Notes: generated by a model from the sequence alone, not told the origin. Counted from the first letter of the stretch, positions 37,949 through 48,492 are shown. The stretch: DNA of 64,000 nucleotides from Lentisphaeria bacterium (GCA_041690595.1 JAWLHB010000006.1:124001-188000), one strand, 5' to 3'. Translations and numbers: made by a program.

Positions 37949-39523
37949 ATGAAACGCATCATATGCGCAGATGACGAACCCAGCATCCAGAGGATCCTGA
38001 AGCGCATTCTGGAGAGCCGCGGCTACGAAGTACATACCTGTGCCAACGGCCAGGAAGTACTGCAAAGCTTCCGCGACCAGCCGGCCGATCTGGTGCTGCT
38101 GGATGTGAGCATGCCGATCATGTCGGGGATCGAAGCCTGCAAGGAATTGCGCAAACGCCCCGATTCCTATGATGTCCCGATCATTATGGTGTCGGGGATC
38201 GGCAATGAGGATACCATCACCGAAGGGCTATCCAGCGGCGCCGACGATTACATTCTCAAGCCCTTTCAGCCGGAGGAAATCCTCGCCAAGGTATCGGTGG
38301 CGCTCAAACGACGTGAGGCGCAGACGGCGACGGATCTCGGGATGGCTATCGGTTCACGCTTTGTCGGCCGCTATGACATCACCCGCAAGCTGGGCTCTGG
38401 CGGGTTCAGTTCGATCTTCCACGCCATGGATGTCTCCCAGGATCCCGCGTTGGAGGTTGCCCTCAAGATCTTCGATCTCCCCGTTTCTAAGCGCAGCGAC
38501 AGCCGCTTCATCTCGCTCTTTCTGCGCGAAGCTTACGAGCTTGCCAAGCTCGATCACCCGAACATCGTCAAACTGCATGAGTTCGGCCAGACGGGTCACT
38601 TCTATTTTCTGGCACTGGAATTCCTGAAAGGGGAAGCCGTCGACCAGCGGGTGACGCGCAAAGGACCGATGGAGTCGGCCGATGTCATCCACATCGGCTA
38701 TGACATTGCGCGGGCGCTGGAGTATCTGCATGAGCAGAAGATTGTCCACCGGGACGTGAAACCCGCGAACCTCTTCATTCTGGAAGACGGATCGGCGAAG
38801 CTGGTGGACTTCGGGCTGGCGAAGCAGCAGGACGAGTCGACACTTTCGCTGAGCGACGAGTTCCGCGGCACTCCTGCCTTTGTCTCCCCCGAGTACATCC
38901 TTGGGAACAAGGTTGTGGATATCCGTTCGGACATCTACTCGCTGGGTGCGACGCTCTACTATGCCATGAGCAGCGTGATCCTCTTTGCCGGCAAGAATGC
39001 CATGGAGATCCTGAACAAGCACTTCCAGGTAATCCCGCCGCCCCTTCAGCAGTTCGATCCTATGGTCAATGAGCGTTTTTCGTCGCTCATAGACCAGATG
39101 CTCGCCAAGGAACGTGAGGCGCGGCCGACGATTACCGAAGTCGTAGATGAGTTCGAGCGCATCATAGACGAACAGAACCGGCAGCCAAGCGGCAAACAGC
39201 TGATCTTCAAGCTGAAGCGCAAAGGTGCCGACGGCAACGGGCAAGGAGCGGAATCCGAATCCGGCGAGACCGCACGTCAGAGCTTGTCCAAGAGCGGCAT
39301 GTTCCGCCTCAAGATGCGTGATCGCGAACATACGGAGGTGACGCAGGTCGCTCCGGAGGACCCAGTCCCCCCTGGGACAGGTGAGTTTCGGCTCAAGCAG
39401 AAGCGGCAGGAGGAGAGCACGGAACCAGTGCTGGATCCAGCCGATGAGCCGCCCGTTGGTTCCACCAGTTTCCGCCTCAAGATCAAGGGCCGCGTCGAGG
39501 CACCGGAAGAAGCAGGACGATAA
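37949..39523 (+). CDS. Receiver domain-Ser/Thr protein kinase fusion
   Basis: REC (CADDE, LLDVSMP, GADDYILKPF); kinase LGSGGFS, VALK, HRDVKPAN, DFGLAK, GTPAFVSPE, SDIYSLG. Confidence 0.93.
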   Translation: MKRIICADDEPSIQRILKRILESRGYEVHTCANGQEVLQSFRDQPADLVLLDVSMPIMSGIEACKELRKRPDSYDVPIIMVSGIGNEDTITEGLSSGADDYILKPFQPEEILAKVSVALKRREAQTATDLGMAIGSRFVGRYDITRKLGSGGFSSIFHAMDVSQDPALEVALKIFDLPVSKRSDSRFISLFLREAYELAKLDHPNIVKLHEFGQTGHFYFLALEFLKGEAVDQRVTRKGPMESADVIHIGYDIARALEYLHEQKIVHRDVKPANLFILEDGSAKLVDFGLAKQQDESTLSLSDEFRGTPAFVSPEYILGNKVVDIRSDIYSLGATLYYAMSSVILFAGKNAMEILNKHFQVIPPPLQQFDPMVNERFSSLIDQMLAKEREARPTITEVVDEFERIIDEQNRQPSGKQLIFKLKRKGADGNGQGAESESGETARQSLSKSGMFRLKMRDREHTEVTQVAPEDPVPPGTGEFRLKQKRQEESTEPVLDPADEPPVGSTSFRLKIKGRVEAPEEAGR

Positions 39524-39530
39524 GGCGCCG

Positions 39531-40019
39531 TCACCCCACCCGGGCAAGAGCCTCGGCAACCGTTTCGCCGTGTGGAGGGATGCGCCATTCCGGCGCCAGC
39601 TCGGCCAGCGGTGCGAGGACAAAGCGGCGCTCCCGCAGGTGAGGATGCGGCAGGATCAGACGCTTGTCCGCCAGGCTCAGTCCGCCATAGAGCAGGATAT
39701 CGATGTCGATGACACGATCGCCGTAGAGCTCGACGTCCCGTGCGCGGTTGCCTGGCCGCCCCATCTTCATTTCGATTGCCTGACAGGCATCGAGCAGCGC
39801 GTGGGGTGGCAGGGAGGTGCGGCCCACGGCAGCGGCGTTGAGGAAGGAGGGCGCGCCGCTTCGGCATTGGATGGGAGCGGTCACGATGAAGGAGGAGAGT
39901 CGAAGCTCGTGGACCACCGATTCGAGAAAGCTGGCGGCGAGTTGCAGGTTGCGCCGGCTCTCTCCCAGATTGGAGCCAAGGCCGAGCGCAACCGGTATAC
40001 TCTCACCCTCAGGGTTCAT
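39531..40019 (-). CDS. folK: 2-amino-4-hydroxy-6-hydroxymethyldihydropteridine diphosphokinase
   Basis: LGLGSNLG, FLNAA, RVIDIDIL, LPHPHLRERRFVLAPLAEL. Confidence 0.95.
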   Translation of the reverse strand: MNPEGESIPVALGLGSNLGESRRNLQLAASFLESVVHELRLSSFIVTAPIQCRSGAPSFLNAAAVGRTSLPPHALLDACQAIEMKMGRPGNRARDVELYGDRVIDIDILLYGGLSLADKRLILPHPHLRERRFVLAPLAELAPEWRIPPHGETVAEALARVG

Positions 40020-41418
40020 GCTTCTCAACCAGGACCTGGTGCAAGGCACGGATCGCGTTGTTCGTGTCGTCTTCCGCGACGACGAACTGCATGTTGACCT
40101 GACGCATGCACTGGCCGATAGCGAGAATGTTGATCTGGGCCTTGGCTAACGCGTCGGCTGCCTTGCTCAGGAAGCCGGGGACCTTCATATTGCTGCCGAT
40201 CGCCGAGACGAGGGTGACACGGTACGTGCTGACCTGCGCGGTCGGAAAGGCAGCCTCGATCTCCTTGAGCATCTGCGGAATCTCGCGGATATCGGCGGGG
40301 ATATAATGGGTGATGGTATTGGCGTTGGTGTTCTTGCCGATGTAGCTGATGCCATACTTGGCGAAGAAGGCGAGCAGGCGATAATCATAGCCGCTCTGGC
40401 CCACCATGTCGGGATCCCATACCTCGATCGCCATGATGTTGCGCCGGCCGGTGACCATCTCCACGCGGGGCGTATCGCTACGGTAGTCCTTGGTAATGAT
40501 GGTGCCGGGATGATCCGGTTCGAAGGCGTTCTTGACGCGCAGGGGAATGCCGCTGAATTCCAGCCCCTTGGAAGCACGGGGATGAATGGCCTCCATGCCC
40601 AGGTCGGCAAGCTGATCTGCCACATCGTAGTTGGTCCAACCTATGGTCCTGACCTTGTCCTCGCCGATCTGCTTGGGATCGCCACTGGAGAGATGAAACT
40701 CCTTGTGGATGATGGCTTCGCCGGCGCCGGTCAGTACCGCAATCTTGCTGAAGGTGATCTCGCTGTAACCACGATCAAAGGTCGACATGATGCCTTCGAT
40801 GCACTTGGTATAGCCGGTCACGATGGGCATGCATTGGGAAAGATCCAGATCACGGAAAGCGGAGTGGATCTTTTCGTCAAACGGCAGCTGTTCTTCTTCC
40901 ATCCATCCGGTAAGGTCGGAGAAAACCGCGTTGATGCCGCGCGCCTTGAGGATCAGCACGGAGTTGAAGGCGCTGTGGGCCTCGCCGACGGCGCTCAGCA
41001 TTTCGCGCACGGCGGGCAGATGCTCATGCATGTGAAAGTGGCCGTAGGAGCAGAGGCGGCGAAGATCGCGGAGGCAATTGCGGATCCCCGAGATGCGCTC
41101 GTGCACGAACTGATCGGCGGCGGCAACATCCAGACCGAGGTCGGCAAAGCCAGCGTTCAATTCGCACATCCTGGTGTCGACGGCATCCAGCGCCTCGCAC
41201 CATTCGGCATCGCCCTGGGCAAAAAACTGATAAACGCCCGCCTGGCCCGATTTCTTGTGTTCGAGCAGCATATTGGTGATGCCGCCATACGCCGAGACGA
41301 CAAAGATGCGGTTGTACATGGTATCCTGATCGCGATCGCCAACGATGACGTTCTTCAGGATCATCCCGAACTGCGACATGGAGGTGCCGCCGATCTTCTC
41401 TACTGTATGCCTACCCAT
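40009..41418 (-). CDS. ask: Aspartate kinase, ectoine-associated (Ask_Ect) type
   Basis: HTVEKIGGTSMS, FVVSAYGGITNMLLEHKK, FDRGYSEITFS, TNYDVADQLADLGMEAIHP. Confidence 0.9.
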   Translation of the reverse strand: MGRHTVEKIGGTSMSQFGMILKNVIVGDRDQDTMYNRIFVVSAYGGITNMLLEHKKSGQAGVYQFFAQGDAEWCEALDAVDTRMCELNAGFADLGLDVAAADQFVHERISGIRNCLRDLRRLCSYGHFHMHEHLPAVREMLSAVGEAHSAFNSVLILKARGINAVFSDLTGWMEEEQLPFDEKIHSAFRDLDLSQCMPIVTGYTKCIEGIMSTFDRGYSEITFSKIAVLTGAGEAIIHKEFHLSSGDPKQIGEDKVRTIGWTNYDVADQLADLGMEAIHPRASKGLEFSGIPLRVKNAFEPDHPGTIITKDYRSDTPRVEMVTGRRNIMAIEVWDPDMVGQSGYDYRLLAFFAKYGISYIGKNTNANTITHYIPADIREIPQMLKEIEAAFPTAQVSTYRVTLVSAIGSNMKVPGFLSKAADALAKAQINILAIGQCMRQVNMQFVVAEDDTNNAIRALHQVLVEKHEP

Positions 41419-41643
41419 GGGACAATGCTCATGCTGGATGGTGAGGTCGCGGGGTGAGTGACAGGCGCAGCGGCTACCTCCCGGATGGCCAATGCGCTAT
41501 CATTCGATTGGAATAGAAAAAGTTTCTGTTCCGCCACAAAAGCGATTACGTTATAAGCTCTCACGTCAATGTCAAGTGAGAGAAGCAAGCACAAGGCAGC
41601 GCTCGTCAGGGAAGAGAGCTGCGCCACATCAGCGGAGGTGAGT

Positions 41644-42774
41644 GTGAAACTGGCAGTCCCCCGAGAGAGTCTGGCTGGAGAAACACGCGTGGCGATGATA
41701 CCGGCCAGTATCGCCAAGCTGGTCAAACTGGGTCTGGAGGTACAGGTCGAGGCGGGACTTGGCCGCCACATCCACGTCACCGACGACGCCTACCGCGACG
41801 CAGGCGCCGGCATCACGCTCGACCGGCGCCAGCTGATCGGGGAAGCGGATATCGTTCTGCGCGTCCGCCGACCGCCTGATGACGAGATTGCCTGGTTTCG
41901 ACAGGGAGCCATCCATATCAGCTATCTCGACCCCTTCAATGAGAAAGAACTGGTGCAGCGGCTGGCGGCGGCACATGTATCGGCCATCAGCATGGAAATG
42001 ATCCCGCGGACGACGCTGGCGCAGAAGATGGACGCACTCAGTTCCCAGGCGAGTCTGGCCGGCTATGTGAGCGTGATCCTGGCGGCGGAACGGCTCAACC
42101 GGGTCCTGCCCATGATGATGACGCCGGCAGGCACGATCACCCCCTCGAATGTTTTTGTCCTGGGAGCCGGGGTCGCCGGCCTGCAGGCGATCGCCACGGC
42201 CAAACGGCTGGGCGCCCGCGTCACGGCCTTTGACATCCGTCCTTCCTCGGCCATGGAGGTGGAATCCCTGGGCGCCAAGTTCCTGAAGATCGATCTGGGG
42301 GAAACAGGCCAGACGAAGGAGGGATACGCGGTGGAGCTGTCGCCGGAGCAGCTGGCCAAACAGCGGGAAGGACAGGCCCGGCAGTGCGCGCAATCGGACA
42401 TCGTCATCACGACGGCACAGTTGTTCGGGCGCAAGGCGCCGGTCCTGATCACGCGCGATGTGGTGGAGCGGATGAAGCCGGGCAGCGTCATCGTCGACAT
42501 GGCGGTGGAGAGCGGCGGCAATGTGGAGGGATCCCGGCTGGACGAAGAGGTCGAGATCAACGGTGTCCGCATTCTTGGGCATGGCAATCTGCCTGGGCGC
42601 GTACCGGACCATGCCAGCCAAGTCTATGCCAGCAACCTTACCAACCTCATCACACACTTCTGGGACAGTGAAGCCGGGCGGCTAAGCCTGGACACGAGTG
42701 ATGAGATCATGCGCGGCTGCCTTGTGACGCACGCCGGCAGCATCGTTAATGAACGTCTCAACATGCGCAAGTGA
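41644..42774 (+). CDS. pntAA: NAD(P) transhydrogenase subunit alpha part 1
   Basis: PRE..GETRVA, AQKMDALSSQ, GAGVAGLQAIATAKRLGA, GGNVEG. Confidence 0.95.
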   Translation: MKLAVPRESLAGETRVAMIPASIAKLVKLGLEVQVEAGLGRHIHVTDDAYRDAGAGITLDRRQLIGEADIVLRVRRPPDDEIAWFRQGAIHISYLDPFNEKELVQRLAAAHVSAISMEMIPRTTLAQKMDALSSQASLAGYVSVILAAERLNRVLPMMMTPAGTITPSNVFVLGAGVAGLQAIATAKRLGARVTAFDIRPSSAMEVESLGAKFLKIDLGETGQTKEGYAVELSPEQLAKQREGQARQCAQSDIVITTAQLFGRKAPVLITRDVVERMKPGSVIVDMAVESGGNVEGSRLDEEVEINGVRILGHGNLPGRVPDHASQVYASNLTNLITHFWDSEAGRLSLDTSDEIMRGCLVTHAGSIVNERLNMRK

Positions 42775-42792
42775 TTTCAAGGAAGCTCCGTA

Positions 42793-43089
42793 ATGGATAC
42801 CATCAATTTACTGTTTATTCTGATACTGTCGGTTTTTATCGGTTTCGAGTTGATCAGCAAGGTGCCGTCGACGCTGCATACGCCGCTGATGTCGGGCTCC
42901 AATGCGATTTCGGGGATCACGATAGTCGGGGCGCTGCTGGCGCTGCATGCTGGGGATGCCCATGATCCCTGGATGATCGGGCTGGGCGTTGCCGCCGTCA
43001 TCTTCGCTTCCATCAACGTCGTTGGCGGCTACCTGGTAACCGATCGCATGCTCGGCATGTTCATACAGAAGCGGAGTGACGACAAGTGA
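42793..43089 (+). CDS. pntAB: NAD(P) transhydrogenase subunit alpha part 2
   Basis: LHTPLMSGSNAISG, INVVGGYLVTDRML. Confidence 0.95.
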   Translation: MDTINLLFILILSVFIGFELISKVPSTLHTPLMSGSNAISGITIVGALLALHAGDAHDPWMIGLGVAAVIFASINVVGGYLVTDRMLGMFIQKRSDDK

Positions 43090-44474
43090 GCACGACACAA
43101 CTGATCATCGAACTCTGCTACATTGTGGCGGCGGGCCTCTTCATCTTCGGCATCAAGATGCTGGGTTCGGCGAAGACGGCGAAACGGGGCAACCTTGTCT
43201 CGTCACTGGGAATGCTGCTGGCGGTGGTGGCGACGCTGGCCAAAGGCGGTCTTGACTACCGCTGGATTGCCGGGGGCATCATCGTTGGCGGGTTGATTGG
43301 CGCGGTGGCCGCGAAGCGGGTGGCCATGACCGCGATGCCGGAGATGGTGGCGCTCTTCAACGGCTTCGGCGGTATCGCGAGTCTGCTGGTTGGTTGGGCC
43401 GAGTATCATCGTTCATGGAGTTCCGGCTTTCCGCTGCACTGGGGCAGTCTCCTGCCGATCTTCCTGGCCGTTCTCATCGGCGGCATCACCTTCACGGGCA
43501 GCATGGTCGCCTATGGCAAGCTCAGCGAGAAGCTGTCTTCAAAGCCGCTCCTCTTCCCGGGGCAGGGGCTCTTCAACGCCCTGCTGCTGGTCATCGTTAT
43601 CGGCATCGGGATAGCATACTGCATGCCGACGATAGAGGCGAAGTATGCGCTCCTGCTGGCAATCGTCGGCATCTCGCTGGTGCTGGGAGTGCTGGCGGTT
43701 ATCCCCATCGGCGGAGGAGACATGCCGGTGGTCATCTCACTGCTCAACAGCTACTCGGGCATTGCCGCCTGCGCGGCGGGCTTCGTCATCAGCAACAAGG
43801 TGCTCATCGTGGCCGGAGCGCTGGTGGGCGCCAGTGGACTGATCCTGACGGCGATCATGTGCAAGGCAATGAATCGATCCCTCACCAATGTGCTTTTCAG
43901 CGGCTTTGGCTCCGCGGGCGGCAGCCAGGGCGCCGCGGTGGAGGGTGAAGTCAACCCCATCTCGGCTGACGATGCCTACTACATACTGGAAGCCGCCTCC
44001 TCCGTCCTCTTCGTCCCCGGCTACGGCATGGCCGTCGCGCAGGCGCAGCATGCGGTACGGGAGTTGGGAAGTATCCTGACCGCCCGCGGCACCGATGTGC
44101 GCTACGCCGTGCATCCGGTGGCCGGCCGAATGCCTGGCCACATGAACGTGCTGCTTGCGGAAGCCAACGTCGACTACGATCAGCTGGTGGAGCCTGACGA
44201 TGTGAATCCCACCATGGGAAGCGTGGATGTCTGCCTGGTGATTGGCGCCAATGATGTGGTCAATCCGGCTGCCCGTGAGGATACGACCAGCCCCATCTAT
44301 GGCATGCCTATCATCGAAGTGGACCGCGCCCGCACGGTCTTCGTGCTCAAGCGGTCAATGCGCTCGGGCTTTGCCGGAATCGAGAATCCGCTTTTCTTCA
44401 AGGAGAACAGTCGTATGTTGTTCGGTGATGCCAAGACCAGCATCACACACCTGATCGAGCAATTCAAAGATTAG
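43086..44474 (+). CDS. pntB: NAD(P) transhydrogenase subunit beta
   Basis: IGGGDMPVVISLLNSYSG, PGYGMAVAQAQH, HPVAGRMPGHMNVLLAEA. Confidence 0.97.
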   Translation: MSTTQLIIELCYIVAAGLFIFGIKMLGSAKTAKRGNLVSSLGMLLAVVATLAKGGLDYRWIAGGIIVGGLIGAVAAKRVAMTAMPEMVALFNGFGGIASLLVGWAEYHRSWSSGFPLHWGSLLPIFLAVLIGGITFTGSMVAYGKLSEKLSSKPLLFPGQGLFNALLLVIVIGIGIAYCMPTIEAKYALLLAIVGISLVLGVLAVIPIGGGDMPVVISLLNSYSGIAACAAGFVISNKVLIVAGALVGASGLILTAIMCKAMNRSLTNVLFSGFGSAGGSQGAAVEGEVNPISADDAYYILEAASSVLFVPGYGMAVAQAQHAVRELGSILTARGTDVRYAVHPVAGRMPGHMNVLLAEANVDYDQLVEPDDVNPTMGSVDVCLVIGANDVVNPAAREDTTSPIYGMPIIEVDRARTVFVLKRSMRSGFAGIENPLFFKENSRMLFGDAKTSITHLIEQFKD

Positions 44475-44496
44475 CGAGAGGGATGGTAGAACGACC

Positions 44497-45441
44497 ATGA
44501 GAATCGGACTCGTCGACCTCGATACGTCGCACCCACCCAGCTGGATCCCCATCCTCACGGAAATGGGGCACACCATCGCCGGGGTCTATGACCATGGCGA
44601 TATTCATCCTCATGGTTACGCGGAGCAGTTCGTGAGCCAGAACAATGCAGGCCGCGTCTATCCATCGCTGGCCGCCATGGCGAACGAGGTGGATCTGGCC
44701 ATTCTGCACGGCTGCGACTGGGATCAGCACGTGGAGCGGACGAAGCCGTTCATTGCCACCGGCACGGCCATCCTGGTCGACAAGCCCATCGCCGGCCGGC
44801 TGGCGGATCTGCGCCAGTTCGTGGCATGGTCGAAGGCAGGCCACCGGATCGTGGGCGGCTCCGCGCTGCGCTTTGCCCAGGAGGCGCGGGAGCTGCTGCG
44901 GAAGCCGATCGAGGAGCGCGGCAAGCTCCACACAGCCTTTGCCGGCTGTGCCGTGGACACCTTCAACTATGGCATACATGGCTACAGCCTGCTGGCCGCA
45001 CTGCTGGGAACAGGCGCGCGGAGTGTTCGCTTTCTGGGCGGCGGTCCTCAGGAGAGAATCCAGGTGCAGTGGGAAGATGGCCGCATGGGCATCCTCAGTA
45101 TTGGCGCGAGTCGCGCCTGGCTGCCCTTCCACGCGAGCGTGGTGGGAGAGCTTGCCGTGCACTCGTTCGTCGTCGACAACAGCCGGATCTACCGCGCCAT
45201 TCTTGAGGCAACTCTGCCCTACCTGAGCAAGGAGGCGGACTCCCCACCGTATCCCATCGAGGAGCTGATCGAGCCGGAGCTTTGGGCATTGGCCGCCCTC
45301 CAGTCGAAGAACGGCGGGGGCGTGGACGTGCGCCTGGACGAGATCGCCGAAGTAACCGCTTACGACGGCAGCGCCTTTGCCAGGGAGTACCAGAAAGCCA
45401 AGTATCCACCGATGGCCGTGGATCCGCCCACTTCCAGATGA
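44497..45441 (+). CDS. Gfo/Idh/MocA family oxidoreductase
   Basis: MRIGLVDLDTSH, VDKPIA, GGSALRFA, YGIHG. Confidence 0.8.
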   Translation: MRIGLVDLDTSHPPSWIPILTEMGHTIAGVYDHGDIHPHGYAEQFVSQNNAGRVYPSLAAMANEVDLAILHGCDWDQHVERTKPFIATGTAILVDKPIAGRLADLRQFVAWSKAGHRIVGGSALRFAQEARELLRKPIEERGKLHTAFAGCAVDTFNYGIHGYSLLAALLGTGARSVRFLGGGPQERIQVQWEDGRMGILSIGASRAWLPFHASVVGELAVHSFVVDNSRIYRAILEATLPYLSKEADSPPYPIEELIEPELWALAALQSKNGGGVDVRLDEIAEVTAYDGSAFAREYQKAKYPPMAVDPPTSR

Positions 45442-46688
45442 CCTCGCGCGTAAAATCCGCCTGCGTAACCTTCGCGGAACAGCCGTTTGCCAAGCCGCTG
45501 ACGCTCAGCAGCGGCACCATCACCACGGTCACGGAAGCACGCGTGTCGGTGACCGTCGAGGCGGGGGCGCGCCAGGGCACGGGGCATGGCTCCATTTACC
45601 TGAGCGATCTGTGGGCATGGCCGGACCCGGCTTTGCCGCATTCGGAGCGGGATGCGAGGATGCGCGCGCATTGTGAGAAGCTCGCCCACGGCCTTGCGGA
45701 TTTGCTTCCTGAAGCCGCGCATCCTCTCGAACTCGGGCTGCGCCTGCATGAAGCGACCTCCCGCGACACAGCCATGCCTCGTCTGGCTGCGCTGGTCTGC
45801 GGCAGCCCCTTCGATGCAGCCATCCAGGATGCAACCGGACAGGCACTCGGCAGGTCAGTCTTCCAGGTGTACCGGGAGCCCTTTGTCTCACCATCCGGCG
45901 ACCCGCACTTTCCCGCCGGCGGCTGGCATGCTGCCCTGGAAGCCGTCTGGCGCACACCGCCCGCCCGTCTCCCCGGCTGGCTGGTCGTTGGCAAGGATGA
46001 CTCGCGGGAAGCCGTGGCTCAAGCAGTGCGAAGACATGGTTTTCGCTGCTTCAAGCTCAAGCTGGGTGGAAATCCCGAGGCCGATGCCGCCTCCACCTCA
46101 CGGCTGATGAGCTGGCTGCGCGACATGGGCGTCAGGCCGCTGGCTATCGCCGGTGACAGCAATGAAGCCAGCGGTTCGACCGCTGCCGTACTCGACTACC
46201 TCGACCGGCTCCAGTCCAACGATAACGGCGCTTACGACGCCTTGTTGGGCCTGGAACAACCCACCTCCCGCGACCTCGCGGCCCATCCCATGCAGTGGCA
46301 GCCGGTAACCCGGCGCAAGCACATTCTTCTGGACGAAGGGCTCGACTCCTGCGCCAGTCTCCATCTTGCCCATGAGCAGGGCTACAGTGGTCTCGCCCTG
46401 AAAAGCTGCAAAGGTCATTCCTTCATGCTGTTGGCGGCTGCCTGGGCGCGGCAACGCAACATGCTGATCACCCTGCAGGATCTCACCAATCCCGGCCTCG
46501 GCGCCATCCACAACGCCCTGCTGGCAGCACACCTGCGGATCGATCATGGCGTGGAGATCAACTCGCCGCAGTTCACGCCTGCCGCCAATGCGCCCTGGCT
46601 ACCCCGGCTATCCGCCCTCTTCGATGTGCGAGATGGCTGTCACGGCATCCCCCACCCTATCCCCGTCGGCCTGGGCAGCAGCCTCTGA
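45438..46688 (+). CDS. Enolase superfamily (mandelate racemase/MLE-like) protein
   Basis: FKLKL, DSNE, LEQP, LDEG, ALKSCKG; ATGA overlap with the upstream gene. Confidence 0.8.
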   Translation: MTSRVKSACVTFAEQPFAKPLTLSSGTITTVTEARVSVTVEAGARQGTGHGSIYLSDLWAWPDPALPHSERDARMRAHCEKLAHGLADLLPEAAHPLELGLRLHEATSRDTAMPRLAALVCGSPFDAAIQDATGQALGRSVFQVYREPFVSPSGDPHFPAGGWHAALEAVWRTPPARLPGWLVVGKDDSREAVAQAVRRHGFRCFKLKLGGNPEADAASTSRLMSWLRDMGVRPLAIAGDSNEASGSTAAVLDYLDRLQSNDNGAYDALLGLEQPTSRDLAAHPMQWQPVTRRKHILLDEGLDSCASLHLAHEQGYSGLALKSCKGHSFMLLAAAWARQRNMLITLQDLTNPGLGAIHNALLAAHLRIDHGVEINSPQFTPAANAPWLPRLSALFDVRDGCHGIPHPIPVGLGSSL

Positions 46689-46690
46689 CG

Positions 46691-47674
46691 TTAACCGCGG
46701 ATGGCGCGATAGATGTTGAGGGCATAGTGAAGGAAGCCCGCTTCATTGGGATGCGTGCCGTCCGGCATATACCATGGCTGGTGAGGCAACAGGCTGAAGC
46801 CGTCGATGAAGGTGACTCCCTTGACATCCGCCGCGGCCTGCCCGATGATGCGACTGACATCCCGCAACGTGCCGCAGGCACGCTGCTCTTCGCCAGCAAC
46901 CCGGTAGATGGGCGACATCAAGACCAGATGCGCAGCTGGCCAGATGGTGCGTAACCGCTGAAGATAGCCAAGCACCTTCTCCGCCAGCACCGCGGGCGTA
47001 ATGCCACTGCTCCAGTCGTTGGTGCCGTAGGCGATGGTGACGATGTCCGGTGCAAATGCCAGGTCGGGATCAAGGGTGTGCGGAGCGAAAACGTGGCCGC
47101 CCACGCCCTGATTGAGCAGCTCGGCGTTGAGCAGGCGGGCCAGTTGCACCGGATACGTACAGAAGGTCGAGACGGCATTCATGCCCTGGGTGATGGAATC
47201 GCCAAGGGTGAGCAGTCGACAACCGGCGGGCGGCAGGGGCTCGACGCTGGCGTCATCGTCGACGAGCAGCTCCGTCAGTCCAAGGGGGAGCGAATGCGGC
47301 AACCAGATGCGCACCTGGCGCGGCCTCCTCGGCAGGTGGGTGAGATCGAGCAGCAGGTCGTCGAGCTGCTCAGTCTGGGTCTCGCGCCGCAGGCCACCAA
47401 GGACCATGCCATCCACTTCGACGTCGATGCCCAGATACTGCCTGGCACCGGCATAAACCTGCGCCTTGAGATGAAGCCTCTGGGTGTCGGTGCGCATGGC
47501 GATAGCCGATCCGGCATGGCAGCGACAGCGTATCAGCCAACCTTCCCGTTCCGAAAACGCGTCGATCTGACGTTGCGTGAAGCGGTGCAAGCGAACCCTG
47601 TCACCCTCTGTTTCATGCCTCACCACGCCTTGCAGAAGCGGCGCGAGGTCGCACTCGGCCAACAGGTTCTTCAC
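46691..47674 (-). CDS. SGNH/GDSL hydrolase
   Basis: GDSITQG, NQGVGG, YGTND, DGTHPN. Confidence 0.9.
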   Translation of the reverse strand: MKNLLAECDLAPLLQGVVRHETEGDRVRLHRFTQRQIDAFSEREGWLIRCRCHAGSAIAMRTDTQRLHLKAQVYAGARQYLGIDVEVDGMVLGGLRRETQTEQLDDLLLDLTHLPRRPRQVRIWLPHSLPLGLTELLVDDDASVEPLPPAGCRLLTLGDSITQGMNAVSTFCTYPVQLARLLNAELLNQGVGGHVFAPHTLDPDLAFAPDIVTIAYGTNDWSSGITPAVLAEKVLGYLQRLRTIWPAAHLVLMSPIYRVAGEEQRACGTLRDVSRIIGQAAADVKGVTFIDGFSLLPHQPWYMPDGTHPNEAGFLHYALNIYRAIRG

Positions 47675-48456
47675 TCTTCCTCCTTCAGTATCCATTCGAG
47701 ACTTGCGGTGGCGTCCGCGTAATCGGTGACATGACCTGCGTTTTCCCGATAGATCACCAGAACGCGACGATCGAGGCGCTTCAAAGCTTCTCCCAGGCGG
47801 AGCACACTCTCCGGCGGCACGGATGTATCGCGACCGGAAGCGGTGATACCCACAGGCATGGTGAAGGCTTCCGGACGCAGCTCCGGACTGCGCCGGCGAT
47901 ACTCATCGGGTACATCATCCCTGCTTCCGCCATAGGAGGCGCTGATCGCATCCTGGAAATTCCCGTAGGCAAGCATGTTGGCGGTGCCGTTCATGGCCGT
48001 CACGCCGGCAACAAGCTCCGGATGCAGTGCCGCAAAAATCAGGGCCGACGTGCCGCCCATGGAACCGCCGCAAAGAAAGACGCGGCCCACTTTGTAGCGG
48101 CTCCTTACCTCTTCGATGATCTGCACCATGTCCGCTTCCGCGGCCGGTCCCATCCAGGAGGTGGCGGCGCGATAATCGGGGGAGACATAGATCAGTCCAT
48201 GCCTGGCAGCGACATCCCGCGCGGCGCGGCATTCGTCCCGCTTGTCCCGCACGAACTGCCAGCGGTCGGAACCGTGCCCATGAAGCGCCACCAGCACATC
48301 ATGCTCGATCGCTGCATCGAACTCCACCGGCAGCATCACCACATAACGTTGCTCGCTCCCATCCAGTCTCGCCGTGAAGGCCACATCTTCGATCACCGGT
48401 TCAGCCGCGGTCATCATCGCCATCCCCCACATGATACAAGTCAGCAGTGTACGCAT
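47671..48456 (-). CDS. Secreted alpha/beta hydrolase (esterase/peptidase S9-like)
   Basis: Signal-like N-terminus, LHGHG, GGSMGG, D..VP, AGH. Confidence 0.82.
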   Translation of the reverse strand: MRTLLTCIMWGMAMMTAAEPVIEDVAFTARLDGSEQRYVVMLPVEFDAAIEHDVLVALHGHGSDRWQFVRDKRDECRAARDVAARHGLIYVSPDYRAATSWMGPAAEADMVQIIEEVRSRYKVGRVFLCGGSMGGTSALIFAALHPELVAGVTAMNGTANMLAYGNFQDAISASYGGSRDDVPDEYRRRSPELRPEAFTMPVGITASGRDTSVPPESVLRLGEALKRLDRRVLVIYRENAGHVTDYADATASLEWILKEEE

Positions 48457-48492
48457 GTCAGAACAATAATCCCGCGCCATGGCATGTCAACG

